NCBI GenBank assembly: GCA_051872335.1
Contig: JBJEDT010000037.1
Span: 151 to 64,150 of the forward strand
Direction of reading: 5' to 3'
DNA from: Bacilli bacterium
GTDB taxonomy: Bacteria > Bacillota_I > Bacilli_A > RFN20 > CAG-826
DNA: 64,000 bases
The notes under the pieces were generated by a model. The model saw only the letters and a program-made list of their open reading frames with translations, was not told where the DNA came from and searched no databases. Shown piece by piece: positions 50,893-62,292 of this stretch; the stretch's first letter is position 1, and each line of letters begins with the position of its first letter. The translations under genes and the position numbers were made by a program.

Positions 50893-52581
50893 CTACTCTT
50901 TACTATCTATATCAATAATGATTGGTAAAACCATTGGATCTCTACCTGTTACTTTACGCAAATATTTAACAGCTTTCTCTTGTGCTTCTTCTTTTATCTC
51001 ATCAATTGTTCCATCACGAGCAAGTATTTCATTACAAGTCGAAGTAATAATCTCAGCTAAATTATCAATTAATGATTCCGAATCTTTTACTAAAACAAAA
51101 CCTCTCATTTGAATATCTGGTCCAGCAATAGCTTTCTTTTCTAAACTTGATACACCACATGACATACAAACAACACCATCATCAGCTAGTTTTTGCCTTT
51201 CAGCTAGAACTAAAGCTCCAACATCACCAACACCAATACCATCAACTAATAAATCACCAACTTGAATTTTATCTTCTAATAATTTTATTTTATTATCAGA
51301 TAATTCTAAGATCATACCATTATCTAAAATAATAGTATTCATATGATTATACCCAAGGGCAGAATTAGTAGCAATCTTTGCATTTGCTAGTAAATGACGG
51401 AATTCACCTGCAACAGGTAAATAGAATTTTGGATGTAAGATAGATAGAAGGGTTCTCAAGTCATCTTCGTGTGCATGCATTGAAGATATCTTATGGTCAT
51501 TAATATAAATGACATTACAACCAGTACGATAAACATCATCTACTGTATCAATAGTAACTGTTTCAATTCCTTCGACAGCAGGAGCAGCAATGATGAAAGT
51601 ATCAGTTGGTTTTATCATTACTTTTTTATCTTCATAATCTCCACCAGCAATTGAAGTAATTTGTGTAAATAAGGACTTTCTATGTCCCATAATAATAAAT
51701 ACTAAATCTTGTTCTCTAATTCTGAAAATTTCATCTAGAGAAGCAACATTTTCTTTTGGAACAGTTAATTGACCTACTGAATTTAAAGTTTGTAAAATAC
51801 TATTTGTTTGTTCGCCTAAAAAGATAATTTTTTTCTTATTAGTAATACATAATTTTAATATTTCACCTAAACGATAAATATCATAATCATAAAGTGCAAA
51901 GAATACTCTACCTGGAGCATCACCAAATTGCTTAGCAATCAAAGGAACTAATTTATGAGATGGAGCTGTAAATCCAGGTACATCTGCACCAATAGACTCA
52001 CACATTAATAAAGCAACACCACGAGCAGAAAACTTTGATAATGCAACAATATCAAGTCTATTATTTGGATTATCTCCATTATATTCAACTATGAAATTAC
52101 CAGTATATACTATGTAACCCATATCAGTTTCTATAGCAATACCTACGCTACCCATTATTGAGTGTGCTGTTTGGAAAAACATAAATTTATGTCCAGCTAT
52201 ATCGTACTCAATATCAGGTTTTACTGTAATAAATTCAATTTCAGGTTTTAATTCAAGTCTTTGTAAATCTCGTTTACAAAAAGCAATTGTTACATCTGTT
52301 CCATAAACAGGAACTTTTAAACCAGCTTTTGTAAATAAAAAACCAAGACCACCCATCATATCTTCATGTCCATGAGAAATGAAAATACCTTTTACTCTAT
52401 TTTTATTTTCTGCAAGATAAGTATAATCAGCAATTATAAAATTTACACCTGGTGTAGATTTATCAGGGAACTTAATTCCACATTCAAAAACAAATATATC
52501 ATCATTAATATCAATACAATATAGATTCTTGCCATATTCATCAAGACCACCTAATGCAAAAATTTTTACTATATCAGACAT
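50893..52581 (-). CDS. rnjB: Ribonuclease J (J2-like)
   Basis: ALGGLDEYGKN, HGHEDM, VDGIGVGD; dapA-rnjB-ftsK synteny. Confidence 0.85.
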   Translation of the reverse strand: MSDIVKIFALGGLDEYGKNLYCIDINDDIFVFECGIKFPDKSTPGVNFIIADYTYLAENKNRVKGIFISHGHEDMMGGLGFLFTKAGLKVPVYGTDVTIAFCKRDLQRLELKPEIEFITVKPDIEYDIAGHKFMFFQTAHSIMGSVGIAIETDMGYIVYTGNFIVEYNGDNPNNRLDIVALSKFSARGVALLMCESIGADVPGFTAPSHKLVPLIAKQFGDAPGRVFFALYDYDIYRLGEILKLCITNKKKIIFLGEQTNSILQTLNSVGQLTVPKENVASLDEIFRIREQDLVFIIMGHRKSLFTQITSIAGGDYEDKKVMIKPTDTFIIAAPAVEGIETVTIDTVDDVYRTGCNVIYINDHKISSMHAHEDDLRTLLSILHPKFYLPVAGEFRHLLANAKIATNSALGYNHMNTIILDNGMILELSDNKIKLLEDKIQVGDLLVDGIGVGDVGALVLAERQKLADDGVVCMSCGVSSLEKKAIAGPDIQMRGFVLVKDSESLIDNLAEIITSTCNEILARDGTIDEIKEEAQEKAVKYLRKVTGRDPMVLPIIIDIDSKE

Positions 52582-52683
52582 AAATACCTCCTTAATTGCA
52601 TTATTTCATATAATCAATAGCATTAATGATTATAACTATTTAGAAAAATTTTTCAATACTTATTTATTATTATAACAACATTA

Positions 52684-53529
52684 TTACAAAATAACATCAA
52701 TTTGTTTTTGGCTTTCTACTGAAAGTTCAACTAATGGTAATCTTAAATTCATAGATTTATATCCTATTTTACTTAAGTAATATTTTATTGCCATTGGATT
52801 AGATTCTAATGATAAAAGTTCAGCCACTAATTTTAGATAATTATCAAGTAAAGAATTATAAAAACCAAATTTGAAATCTTCTATTAAATAGTGCATTTGC
52901 TTACCAAATTCTATACTCATAACTGATATTATACCATCAGCACCCGCTTCAATTCCTTTATAAAGGAAACTATCATTTCCAATATAAAACAAGAATTTAG
53001 GATATTTTTCCTTTATCAATTTTATTAAATTAATATCATTAGTAGTATCTTTAATACCAATTATATTTGGACATGCATTAATTAGTTTTCTTAAAGTAAT
53101 TTCTTTTAAATTAACTCCTGTTCTTTTTGGAACATTATATATAATAATTGGTATTTTATATGAATGATTAGCTATTTCTTTAAAATGATGATATAAACCT
53201 ACCTGCGAAGGCAAATAGACAGAAGGGCACATAACTAAATAAGCTTTAATATCTAAATAAGAAAAATATCTTATTTCTTCAATAGCTTTTTCTGTATTAG
53301 GTTCACTAATACCAAGAATAACTTTTAAACTAGTATTTTTCAAACAAAAAATAACTAGTTCTTCTTTTTCTTTTATTGTTAAAGAATGTCCTTCACCTGT
53401 CGATCCACCTATTACAACAGTAGTATGATTTTCTTCAACTTTTTTTAATAATTTTAAAAATGTATCAAAGTCTATTTTGTTATCTTCATCAAATGGTGTG
53501 CAAATAGCACTAATTAAATGTCCAAACAT
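52684..53529 (-). CDS. dapA: 4-hydroxy-tetrahydrodipicolinate synthase
   Basis: TPF, GSTGEG, YNVPKRTG, IGIKD, ESNPMAIK. Confidence 0.88.
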   Translation of the reverse strand: MFGHLISAICTPFDEDNKIDFDTFLKLLKKVEENHTTVVIGGSTGEGHSLTIKEKEELVIFCLKNTSLKVILGISEPNTEKAIEEIRYFSYLDIKAYLVMCPSVYLPSQVGLYHHFKEIANHSYKIPIIIYNVPKRTGVNLKEITLRKLINACPNIIGIKDTTNDINLIKLIKEKYPKFLFYIGNDSFLYKGIEAGADGIISVMSIEFGKQMHYLIEDFKFGFYNSLLDNYLKLVAELLSLESNPMAIKYYLSKIGYKSMNLRLPLVELSVESQKQIDVIL

Positions 53530-53549
53530 AAATTAACTCACTCTAGTAA

Positions 53550-53578
53550 TAGATTATGATATTTGCCTATTTTTTGTG
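53550..53578 (-). promoter_or_regulatory. Sigma-K-like promoter of dapA
   Basis: CACA-N16-CATAATCTA, full match to mACm-N16-CATAnnnTA. Confidence 0.65.
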
Positions 53579-53583
53579 AATAT

Positions 53584-53611
53584 AAAAACGCACATCCTAA
53601 TTGATGTGCGT
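53584..53611 (-). terminator. Intrinsic terminator after pnp
   Basis: ACGCACATC/GATGTGCGT inverted repeat with T-run on the minus strand. Confidence 0.8.
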
Positions 53612-53620
53612 CTATATTCA

Positions 53621-55768
53621 TTATTCTTCTTTTGTTTCTACTTTAGTCTCAGGTTTAGGTTCAAATTCTTTATGAGAAAGATTAATACGACCTTTGTCAT
53701 CAATTTCTGTAACTGTAACCTTTAATTTTTGACCAACTTTAACAACATCTTGTGGATGATTTACACGTTTCCAATCTAATTTAGAAACATGTACTAATCC
53801 ATCGACATTGCCGAATAAATTAACAAAACATCCGAATGATTCAATACGAACTACTGTTCCTTCATATACTTCGCCAACTTTAGCTTCACGAACAATGTCG
53901 TAAATCATTTGTGCTGCTTTTTCAATTGCTTCTTTATCAGTGTGATAAATCATAACACGACCATCTTGTTCGATATCAATCTTAACATTATCACATTGAG
54001 CAATAATTTCATTAATAACTTTACCACCTTGACCAATAACATCGCGAATCTTATCGACGTCGATTTGCATTTGATGTAATTTAGGTGCGTATTTACTTAC
54101 TTCTTTACGTGGTTCAGAAATTGCACTTAACATAACTTCTAAAATCTTTGCACGTGCTTCATGAGCTTGAGCTAAAGCTTCTTTTAATACAGCTTTATTA
54201 ATTCCTTTAATCTTAATATCCATTTGTAAAGCTGTAATACCATTAGGTGTACCTGCAACTTTGAAATCCATATCACCAAAATGGTCTTCCATACCTTGAA
54301 TATCAGTTAAAATTGTGTATGGATGATTACCATCTAATGGTCCACTAGAAATTAATCCCATAGCAATACCAGATACAGGAGCTTTAATTGGAACACCAGC
54401 TGCCATTAATGCCATACATGAAGCACAAATTGAAGCTTGTGAAGAAGAACCATTTGATTCAACAACTTCAGATACACAACGAATTGTATATGGGAATTCT
54501 TCTTCAGAAGGAATAACATAAGATAATGCTCTTTCACCTAATGCACCATGACCAATTTCACGACGTCCAGGTGTACCCATTCTACCGATTTCACCGACTG
54601 AATAAGGTGGGAAATTATAATGATGCATCCAACGTTTAGAATCTTCAGCAGATAATGAATCTAATAATTGTTGATCTGCTAATGATGCAAGTGTACAAGT
54701 AGAAATAACTTGAGTTTGTCCACGTGTAAACATTGCTGAACCATGAACTCTAGGTAATAAATCAACTTGAGCATCTAAAGGACGAATTTCATTGATTTTA
54801 CGTCCATCAGGTCTAACTTTATCTTCTGTAATTAAACGTCTAACTTCATTTGCGACAAGTCTTTCTAACATATCGTTAACTTGAAGCATTGTATATTTTA
54901 ATTCTTTTTCATTAGCATATTCTTTAGCTTCATACTTTGCAATAACTTCAGCCTTAATTGCATCTATTGCTGCAGCACGTTCTAATTTATCAACGATTGA
55001 AACTGATTTAACAATTCTTTCCTCTGCTTGAGCACGAATATCATCTTCAATTTCTTTTGATACTTCGTATAAACTAACTTCTCTTTTTTCTTTGCCAATT
55101 TCTTTAGCAATTTCTTTTTGGAATACACATAATTTTTTGATTGCTTCATGACCAAACATTAAAGCATCAAGCATATCATCTTCACTAACTTCTGCAGCTC
55201 CAGCTTCAACCATGTTAATAGCATCATATGAACCTGCAACAGCTAAGTTAATATCACTTTTTTCTTTTTCTTCAACAGATGGATTAATAATAAATTTACC
55301 ATCAACACGTCCTACATAAACACCAGCAATAGGACCATCAAATGGAATATCAGAAATGCATAATGCAAGTGAAGAACCAAACATTGCTGTCATTTCAGGT
55401 GTACAATCTTGATCAACTGACATAACAGTATTAACAATTTGGACTTCATTTCTGAATCCTTCTGAGAACATTGGTCTAATTGGTCTATCAATTAACCTTG
55501 CTGTTAAAGTCGCATGTTCTCCAGGGCGACCTTCTCTTCTTAAGAAACTTCCAGGAATTTTACCAACTGCATATTGCTTTTCTTCATAGCCTACAGTTAA
55601 TGGGAAGAAATCTCCTTCCTTTGGTTCATCAGAAGCACATACTGTGGACAAAACTACGGTATCATTCAAGCGAACTAAAACAGCACCATCTGCTTGTTTA
55701 GCAATTTCACCTGATTCAACGATCAGTTTCTTTCCTTCGAACTCTAGTTCGAATACTCTTTTTGCCAT
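53621..55768 (-). CDS. pnp: Polyribonucleotide nucleotidyltransferase
   Basis: [34 protein letters not shown] and S1 domains. Confidence 0.98.
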   Translation of the reverse strand: MAKRVFELEFEGKKLIVESGEIAKQADGAVLVRLNDTVVLSTVCASDEPKEGDFFPLTVGYEEKQYAVGKIPGSFLRREGRPGEHATLTARLIDRPIRPMFSEGFRNEVQIVNTVMSVDQDCTPEMTAMFGSSLALCISDIPFDGPIAGVYVGRVDGKFIINPSVEEKEKSDINLAVAGSYDAINMVEAGAAEVSEDDMLDALMFGHEAIKKLCVFQKEIAKEIGKEKREVSLYEVSKEIEDDIRAQAEERIVKSVSIVDKLERAAAIDAIKAEVIAKYEAKEYANEKELKYTMLQVNDMLERLVANEVRRLITEDKVRPDGRKINEIRPLDAQVDLLPRVHGSAMFTRGQTQVISTCTLASLADQQLLDSLSAEDSKRWMHHYNFPPYSVGEIGRMGTPGRREIGHGALGERALSYVIPSEEEFPYTIRCVSEVVESNGSSSQASICASCMALMAAGVPIKAPVSGIAMGLISSGPLDGNHPYTILTDIQGMEDHFGDMDFKVAGTPNGITALQMDIKIKGINKAVLKEALAQAHEARAKILEVMLSAISEPRKEVSKYAPKLHQMQIDVDKIRDVIGQGGKVINEIIAQCDNVKIDIEQDGRVMIYHTDKEAIEKAAQMIYDIVREAKVGEVYEGTVVRIESFGCFVNLFGNVDGLVHVSKLDWKRVNHPQDVVKVGQKLKVTVTEIDDKGRINLSHKEFEPKPETKVETKEE

Positions 55769-55858
55769 ATTCTTTACCTCTCTTTAATTTAACTTAAATA
55801 TTATAACACACTTTTATTATTTACATATACTAAATAGAATAAATATTATTTATTATTT

Positions 55859-56608
55859 ATGTTTGATGTTTACTTATATCCTTTTATTGGAACATTATTA
55901 TGTTTTATATTTTCTTTAATTGGTGCTTCTTTTGTATTTTTCCCTTTTTTAAAAAAATCTCAATTATTTCAAAATTTTTTAATGAGTTTTTCTTCTGGTA
56001 TTATGGTTGCTGTAACTTGTTGGTCATTAATTTTACCCTCATTAAATTACTTTGATAATATGAATAAAAATATTATTTATACTTCTTTATCGATTGTAAT
56101 AGGAGTAATTATATTTTTATTAATTGATTTTTTTATTACAAAAAAAGAAAGTACTTTTAATGAACATTTTATCTTCCTATCATTAACTTTTCATAATATT
56201 CCTGAAGGAATGTCGGTAGCCATTCTAATTGCAAACATTCAATCTCTTCAACCAATGAATATAATCCTTGCTTGTTCATTAGCATTAGGTGTAGCCATAC
56301 AAAATATTCCTGAAAGTAGTACAATTTCTTTTTATTATAATCAAAAAGGAAAAAGCAAATTTAAAAGTTTTCTTTATAGTGCCTTATCTGGTATTGTTGA
56401 ACCAATATTTGGATTAGTTGCAATTCTTCTTTTTAACCTGTTTAGTAATATTCTACCTATTCTTTTATCTTTATCAGCAGGAACAATGCTTTATGTAACA
56501 TTAAAAGAATTATTGCCTGAATGCTATGAAAACTATGGTAAAAGCAAAACAGCCTTCGCCTTTTGCTTAGGTTTTGTATTTATGACAATTCTCGATATTG
56601 CTTTATAA
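55859..56608 (+). CDS. ZIP-family metal transporter (ZupT/GufA-like)
   Basis: HNIPEG and QNIPE motifs, SGIVEP, ELLPE. Confidence 0.9.
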   Translation: MFDVYLYPFIGTLLCFIFSLIGASFVFFPFLKKSQLFQNFLMSFSSGIMVAVTCWSLILPSLNYFDNMNKNIIYTSLSIVIGVIIFLLIDFFITKKESTFNEHFIFLSLTFHNIPEGMSVAILIANIQSLQPMNIILACSLALGVAIQNIPESSTISFYYNQKGKSKFKSFLYSALSGIVEPIFGLVAILLFNLFSNILPILLSLSAGTMLYVTLKELLPECYENYGKSKTAFAFCLGFVFMTILDIAL

Positions 56609-56633
56609 AAAAAGCATCTCAATTGAGATGCTT
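56608..56633. terminator. Terminator between convergent ZIP gene and rpsO
   Basis: AAGCATCTC-AATT-GAGATGCTT inverted repeat. Confidence 0.78.
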
Positions 56634-56642
56634 GATTTAGAA

Positions 56643-56912
56643 TTACTTTCTAATTTCTAATTCATGAATTAATTTAACATAAGCTTCATGATCTTTTTTA
56701 GCTAAGTAGTCTAATAAACCACGTCTTTTACCAACTAAGATCATTAAGCCACGACGTGAATGATGGTCGTGAATGTGAACTTTTAAGTGAGCTGTTAAGT
56801 TCTTAATTTCAGCAGTTAAAATTGCAATTTGAACTTCTGTAGAACCTGTGTCATTTTCGTTTTTACCAAACTTTTTGACTAATGCAGCTGTTTGTTCTTT
56901 AGTTAAAGCCAT
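56643..56912 (-). CDS. rpsO: 30S ribosomal protein S15
   Basis: DTGSTEVQIAILT, DHHSRRGL. Confidence 0.98.
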   Translation of the reverse strand: MALTKEQTAALVKKFGKNENDTGSTEVQIAILTAEIKNLTAHLKVHIHDHHSRRGLMILVGKRRGLLDYLAKKDHEAYVKLIHELEIRK

Positions 56913-56919
56913 TTTTTTA

Positions 56920-57024
56920 TCCTCCTATTTAATTTCTTAACTTAATCAAAGTATAACGTCGGAGTATCGCTAAACTGAGAATAAGTCGCAAAAGTATTTT
57001 ACCAATAATAACTATAAAAAGCAA
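56920..57024 (-). promoter_or_regulatory. rpsO promoter and S15 autoregulatory leader
   Basis: TTGCTT-N17-TAAAAT; leader GACTTA...CGATACTCCGACG...TAAGTT resembles the Firmicutes S15 RNA. Confidence 0.65.
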
Positions 57025-57927
57025 TTACTTTTTGAAATAATTAATAATTGTTTTTTTATTTAATTCAAGTTCCTTTTTTAAGTCATCAAATGAAGCAAAA
57101 GTTTTTTCCTCTCTTAAAAAATCAAGAAACACAATTGAAACATGTTCATTATAAATATCTTCATCAAAATCAATAATATGTGCTTCAATAATAGAGTCAT
57201 TTAATTCATCAATAGTCGGATGTTTTCCAACATTTAGCATAGCGTTATATACTTTATTTTGCACTCTAACTTGACCAATATAAACTCCATCTCTTGGTAA
57301 GTAATATTCTTCATCTAATTTAATATTTGCAGTTGGAAAATTAATTTTCTTTCCATTTTTAAACCCATGAACTACTAGTCCATCTACTTCATATGGTCTT
57401 CCTAAACACATATTAACATCACTGATATTTCCATTTTGTAAATCATTAATTATTCTAGTAGATGAAATTTTTCCATTGTTATCGACAACGGCTGCTACTT
57501 CATAGGTTTTAAAATGTTTATTTAATAATGAAATATCTCCTGCTCCAAATTTTCCAAATCGATAATCAAAACCAACAACGAGTGAAGAAGGATTTAACTT
57601 TTTTAAAAAATCACTAATAAATACTTCTGGAGGCATCGAAGCAAAATCTAAAGTAAAATCTTTAGTTAGTACAATATCAGTACCAAATGATTCAAAAATT
57701 TGTAATCTTTTAGTAATTGGAGTTATCAAGGAAGAATTTAGTCGATTATTTAAAACAAATTTAGGACTACTAGTAAAAGTTAAAGCTGCTACTAATGAAT
57801 TACTATTTTTAGCCTGATTTAAAAGAGCTTGATGCCCTTGATGTACACCATCAAACATACCAAGACATAAAGCACAATTTTCTGGTAATTTATAATTTTT
57901 ATTTTTATCAAGATTTATAATTTCCAT
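57025..57927 (-). CDS. ribF: Bifunctional riboflavin kinase/FAD synthetase
   Basis: GMFDGVHQGH, ISSTRI, FPTAN, EAHI, LREEKTF. Confidence 0.95.
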   Translation of the reverse strand: MEIINLDKNKNYKLPENCALCLGMFDGVHQGHQALLNQAKNSNSLVAALTFTSSPKFVLNNRLNSSLITPITKRLQIFESFGTDIVLTKDFTLDFASMPPEVFISDFLKKLNPSSLVVGFDYRFGKFGAGDISLLNKHFKTYEVAAVVDNNGKISSTRIINDLQNGNISDVNMCLGRPYEVDGLVVHGFKNGKKINFPTANIKLDEEYYLPRDGVYIGQVRVQNKVYNAMLNVGKHPTIDELNDSIIEAHIIDFDEDIYNEHVSIVFLDFLREEKTFASFDDLKKELELNKKTIINYFKK

Positions 57928-58775
57928 TAAAATAATCCTCTTACTACTTTAAATATTTTACCATGATCTCTTTCGATAATGGCAATAGGTTCGTTCTTTT
58001 CACTGCATATAAATAATCTATTACTTTTTGTATCAAAAGGAAGATGTTTTCCATTTTTAATATCTTCTACTAATTTATCATTAACATGTAAAGTTTCAAT
58101 ATTATCTTTTAAGGCATCATAAATATCAATAATATCATCACTTGCAATATCTTCTACTTTTTTACTACTTTCTAGTAAAAAAATGCCTACCTTTTTCCTA
58201 GTTAATGAAATTAAGTGTCCTAGTGTTCCAAGTTTATGAGCAATATCATTTCCTAAGACCCTAATATAAGTACCCTTTGAACAAGTTACTTCAAATCTAA
58301 TAATATTTCCTTCATAATGTAATAATTTTATGTCATAAATATTAATTTGTCTTGAAGGCAATTCTACTTGAATACCATTACGTGCATATTCATATAATTT
58401 TTTTCCATTAACTCTAATTGCACTATAAAGAGGAACAGTTTGTGTAACCTCACCTTTAAAAGAATTTAAAACATTATTTATATCATCAAGCGTATATTGT
58501 TTAACTTCTTTTTCTTCAACGACAACACCATCTTTATCAAGAGTATCAGTAGATGCTCCAAGAAACAAAGTAGCAACATATGTTTTCACTTTTTCTTCTA
58601 AAAATTGACTACATTTAGTACCTTTACCTATTGTTAAAACAAGTAAACCATCTGCAAAGGGATCTAATGTACCAGTATGCCCAATTTTTTTTGTATTAAA
58701 CTTCTTAGATACCATATTTACAATATCTCGAGATGTGATACCAACTGGTTTATTTATTAACAATATTCCGTCCAT
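57927..58775 (-). CDS. truB: tRNA pseudouridine(55) synthase
   Basis: GHTGTLDP, CSKGTYIR; SD AAGGGG before ATG 58775. Confidence 0.96.
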   Translation of the reverse strand: MDGILLINKPVGITSRDIVNMVSKKFNTKKIGHTGTLDPFADGLLVLTIGKGTKCSQFLEEKVKTYVATLFLGASTDTLDKDGVVVEEKEVKQYTLDDINNVLNSFKGEVTQTVPLYSAIRVNGKKLYEYARNGIQVELPSRQINIYDIKLLHYEGNIIRFEVTCSKGTYIRVLGNDIAHKLGTLGHLISLTRKKVGIFLLESSKKVEDIASDDIIDIYDALKDNIETLHVNDKLVEDIKNGKHLPFDTKSNRLFICSEKNEPIAIIERDHGKIFKVVRGLF

Positions 58776-58837
58776 TATATTCCCCTTTTCAAACATTTTT
58801 ATTATAATATGAAAGAATAAATAAAGGAAGATTTACT

Positions 58838-60034
58838 ATGAAAGCAATTAGAAGAATTTTAGCAAGTTTACGAAAAGCTGATACAATGTTTAACTTAATA
58901 CAAGATGGTGATACTATTGTTGTTGGTGTATCTGGTGGAAAAGATTCTTTGCTTTTAGTATATGCATTAAATCTATATACTAAGTTTTCACAAATGAATT
59001 TTAAAATTGTTCCTGTCATGCTAGATTTAGGTTTTCCAAATAGCGATTTTACAAATATTAAAAAATGGTTTAAAGATAATGGAATGGAACTTGTTATAGA
59101 ACCTTGTCAAGATGTTTACTCTATTTTAAAAACATATCAGGATAATCATAACGAACCAAAATTACCTTGTTCAATTTGTTCAAGAATGAAAAAAGCTGCT
59201 ATTAATAAGTTTTGTAACGAACACGGATACAATAAAGCAGCCTTTGGTCACCATGCCGATGATGCCATTGAAACTTTATTAATGAATCAAATTCATGGAG
59301 GAAGAATAGCTACTTTTGCACCAAAAATGATTTTAGAAAGAGCTCAAATTACTTTTATAAGACCTCTTATTTTTGCCCGTGAAACAGATATTATTCAAGC
59401 TTGTAAAGAACTTAACATTACACCAATGAAGTCACCATGTCCTAATGATAAAATAACCGAACGTGAAACAACTAAAGAAATGTTAAATGATATTTATAAA
59501 AATCATAAGGAAAGTAAAGATAATTATAAATATATGCTCATTAATGGTGATCAATTAGATTTGTGGTACGATAAAATTGAATATAAATTAAATAACTCAA
59601 ATATCTATGTTAAAGTAGTACGAAGCAAAAAAGAAACACTTGAGATGATTTCTATTCGTTATAAAACATTTACTCAACAAATGAATATTGAATTCGAAAA
59701 TGAATTTGATGGCAGTGATAATAATGCAGTTAACTTTTTAATATATAAAGATAAGATAGCAGTAGGCACAATACGATATGTACAAGAAGATAAAAATGTA
59801 TTTCGTTTAGGCCGATTTGCTGTCTTGCCTGAATATCGTAAACACGGTCTAGGCACTCAATTATTTAAATTTGTAGAGAATTACATTAAATTAAAAGTAA
59901 ATCCCTGCACTATATATTTTCACGGAATGGCATACCTAAAAGATTATTATATTGCTTTAGGATATGAATGTATTGGTGATGTTTTCTTAGAAGAAGATAT
60001 TGAACACATTGAATTTAGGAAATTTATCAAATAG
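58838..60034 (+). CDS. TtcA-family tRNA thiolation PP-loop protein fused to a C-terminal GNAT acetyltransferase
   Basis: SGGKDS, CSICSR, GHHADD, IRPL; C-terminal GRFAVLPEYRKHGLG and FLEEDIEHIEF (ElaA/YjcF-like). Confidence 0.82.
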   Translation: MKAIRRILASLRKADTMFNLIQDGDTIVVGVSGGKDSLLLVYALNLYTKFSQMNFKIVPVMLDLGFPNSDFTNIKKWFKDNGMELVIEPCQDVYSILKTYQDNHNEPKLPCSICSRMKKAAINKFCNEHGYNKAAFGHHADDAIETLLMNQIHGGRIATFAPKMILERAQITFIRPLIFARETDIIQACKELNITPMKSPCPNDKITERETTKEMLNDIYKNHKESKDNYKYMLINGDQLDLWYDKIEYKLNNSNIYVKVVRSKKETLEMISIRYKTFTQQMNIEFENEFDGSDNNAVNFLIYKDKIAVGTIRYVQEDKNVFRLGRFAVLPEYRKHGLGTQLFKFVENYIKLKVNPCTIYFHGMAYLKDYYIALGYECIGDVFLEEDIEHIEFRKFIK

Positions 60035-60072
60035 AATAAGTACTAAAAAACTACTAAAAAAGTGGTAGAAAT

Positions 60073-60441
60073 CTACCACTTTTTCTTTATTGATTCAAGT
60101 TCTTCTTTTTCTCTTTTTAGACTTTCTTCAAGCTTTTGGCTTCTTTCAAAGGAATCATCTATGTGAAAAGATAACTCAGGAGTCTTATGAATATCTAAGG
60201 TTTTAGCAAGTTCATGCCTAATAAAACTTTTTGATTTATTTAACTCTTCTAATCTTTTTTCTGGTGTACCACCTTTTTTACCCATAAATGAGACATAAAC
60301 TTTAGCATATGAGAAATCATTTGTAACATCAACACCAGTAATTGTTATAAATCCCAAATTAGGATTCTTAACCTTAAACATAATAATTTCTGTTACTTTT
60401 TTTGCAATAATTGATGAAACTCTTTCGCCTTTATTTGCCAT
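60073..60441 (-). CDS. rbfA: Ribosome-binding factor A
   Basis: ITITGVDVTNDFSYAKVY, TPELSFHID. Confidence 0.95.
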   Translation of the reverse strand: MANKGERVSSIIAKKVTEIIMFKVKNPNLGFITITGVDVTNDFSYAKVYVSFMGKKGGTPEKRLEELNKSKSFIRHELAKTLDIHKTPELSFHIDDSFERSQKLEESLKREKEELESIKKKW

Positions 60442-60450
60442 AAGATTCAC

Positions 60451-62292
60451 CTACTTTTTCATTTCAATCATTTCATAGCCTTCAATAATGTCACCTTCGT
60501 GTTCATCATTAAAGTTTTTAATCATTAATCCACATTCAAAGCCAGTTTGAACTTCCTTAACATCTGCTTGGAAACGTTTAAGTGATGCTAATTCACCTTC
60601 ATAAACAATAACACCATCTCTTAATAATCTTATGGATTGATTGTGTTTAATAGAACCATTTATAACATAACATCCAGCAATAGTACCAACTTTACCAACT
60701 TTGAAAAGTTGTCTAACTTCTGCTTGTCCTGTCACTTTTTCAACTAATTCAGGTTTTAATAAACCTTTCATAGCTGCTTCCATTTCTTCAATAAGTGCAT
60801 AAATAATACGATGTAATCTAATGTCAACTTTTTCTAATGCAGCTTTTGCTCGTACATTTGCATCTGGTCTTATATTAAAACCATAAATAATTGCATTAGA
60901 AGCCGAAGCAAGTAGGACATCACTTTCTGTAATTGCACCAGCTGTAGAACGAATTACATTAATTTTAACTTCATCATTATTTAATTTTTCTAAGCTAGCT
61001 TTAATTGCCTCAGCAGAGCCTTGTAAATCAGCTTTAATAATTACATTAATAGTTTGAACTTCACCTTCGTGAATTCTATTATACAAATCGTCTAAAGACA
61101 TTGCAGAACTTCCGTGTCTTTCAGAATCAACTTTTTGTTGTTTTCTTTTTTCAGCTATATCACGTGCTTGTTTTTCAGTTGGGAAAGCCATAAATCTATC
61201 ACCAGCAACTGGAACATCTGCAAGACCAATAATTGAAACTGGAGTCGAAGGACCAGCTGTCTTTAAGACTTGATTATATTCATTAGTCATTCTTCTTACA
61301 CGGCCATATGAAGCACCCACAACAACATAGTCACCAGCATTTAAAGTACCATTTTGTACTAAAATATTAGCTTTAGGACCTTCACCTTTATCTAGGAAAG
61401 CTTCTAAAACTGTACCATAAGCATAACGTGATGGATTAGCTTTTAATTCAGCCATCTCAGCAACAACTAAAATATTTTCTAAAAGTGTATCTACACCTAT
61501 ATTTTGTTTAGCTGAGATATTACAGAAGATGGTGTCTCCACCCCACTCTTCTGGACATACTTCTAAAGCCATTAATTCTTGTTTAACTTTATCTAAATTA
61601 GCAGTTGGTTTATCAATCTTATTAATAGCAACAATAATTGGTACTCCAGCAGCTTTAGCATGGTCAATAGCTTCTTTTGTTTGAGGCATTACACCATCAT
61701 CAGCAGCTACAACAATAATAACAATATCAGTTACTGAAGCACCTCTACTTCTCATTGCAGTAAATGCTTCGTGTCCAGGAGTATCAATAAAAGTAATCTT
61801 CTTACCTTTTATTTCTTTTTGATAAGCACCAATTGCTTGAGTAATAGCACCAGCTTCAGTAGAAACAATATTAGACTTTCTAATTGTATCAATAAGTGTT
61901 GTCTTACCATGATCAACGTGTCCCATAATTGTGACAACTGGTGGTCTTTCAACTAAACATTTTTCTTCATCAAAAATTTCCAATTCTTCAAAATTTTCTT
62001 CAGAAACAACTTTCTCTTTCTTAAAGTCATATCCAAATTCTAGACATATTTGTCCAATTAAATCATCGCTTAAAGTAGTGTTGATGGTAACCATTGTTCC
62101 ACTCATAAATAATTTTTTAATAATATCAGATGAATTAACATTCAATTGTTTTGCTAACTCACCAACTGTAATATCTCCAGTATAGACAAATACACCACCA
62201 TTAACTTTATTTATTTGATCTTTTTGTTTAAAATTTTGAGGTATATTTGAAACACGATTGGAGTGATTCTTCTTTTTATTATTTTGTCCCAT
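60451..62292 (-). CDS. infB: Translation initiation factor IF-2 (short form)
   Basis: [26 protein letters not shown]. Confidence 0.98.
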   Translation of the reverse strand: MGQNNKKKNHSNRVSNIPQNFKQKDQINKVNGGVFVYTGDITVGELAKQLNVNSSDIIKKLFMSGTMVTINTTLSDDLIGQICLEFGYDFKKEKVVSEENFEELEIFDEEKCLVERPPVVTIMGHVDHGKTTLIDTIRKSNIVSTEAGAITQAIGAYQKEIKGKKITFIDTPGHEAFTAMRSRGASVTDIVIIVVAADDGVMPQTKEAIDHAKAAGVPIIVAINKIDKPTANLDKVKQELMALEVCPEEWGGDTIFCNISAKQNIGVDTLLENILVVAEMAELKANPSRYAYGTVLEAFLDKGEGPKANILVQNGTLNAGDYVVVGASYGRVRRMTNEYNQVLKTAGPSTPVSIIGLADVPVAGDRFMAFPTEKQARDIAEKRKQQKVDSERHGSSAMSLDDLYNRIHEGEVQTINVIIKADLQGSAEAIKASLEKLNNDEVKINVIRSTAGAITESDVLLASASNAIIYGFNIRPDANVRAKAALEKVDIRLHRIIYALIEEMEAAMKGLLKPELVEKVTGQAEVRQLFKVGKVGTIAGCYVINGSIKHNQSIRLLRDGVIVYEGELASLKRFQADVKEVQTGFECGLMIKNFNDEHEGDIIEGYEMIEMKK

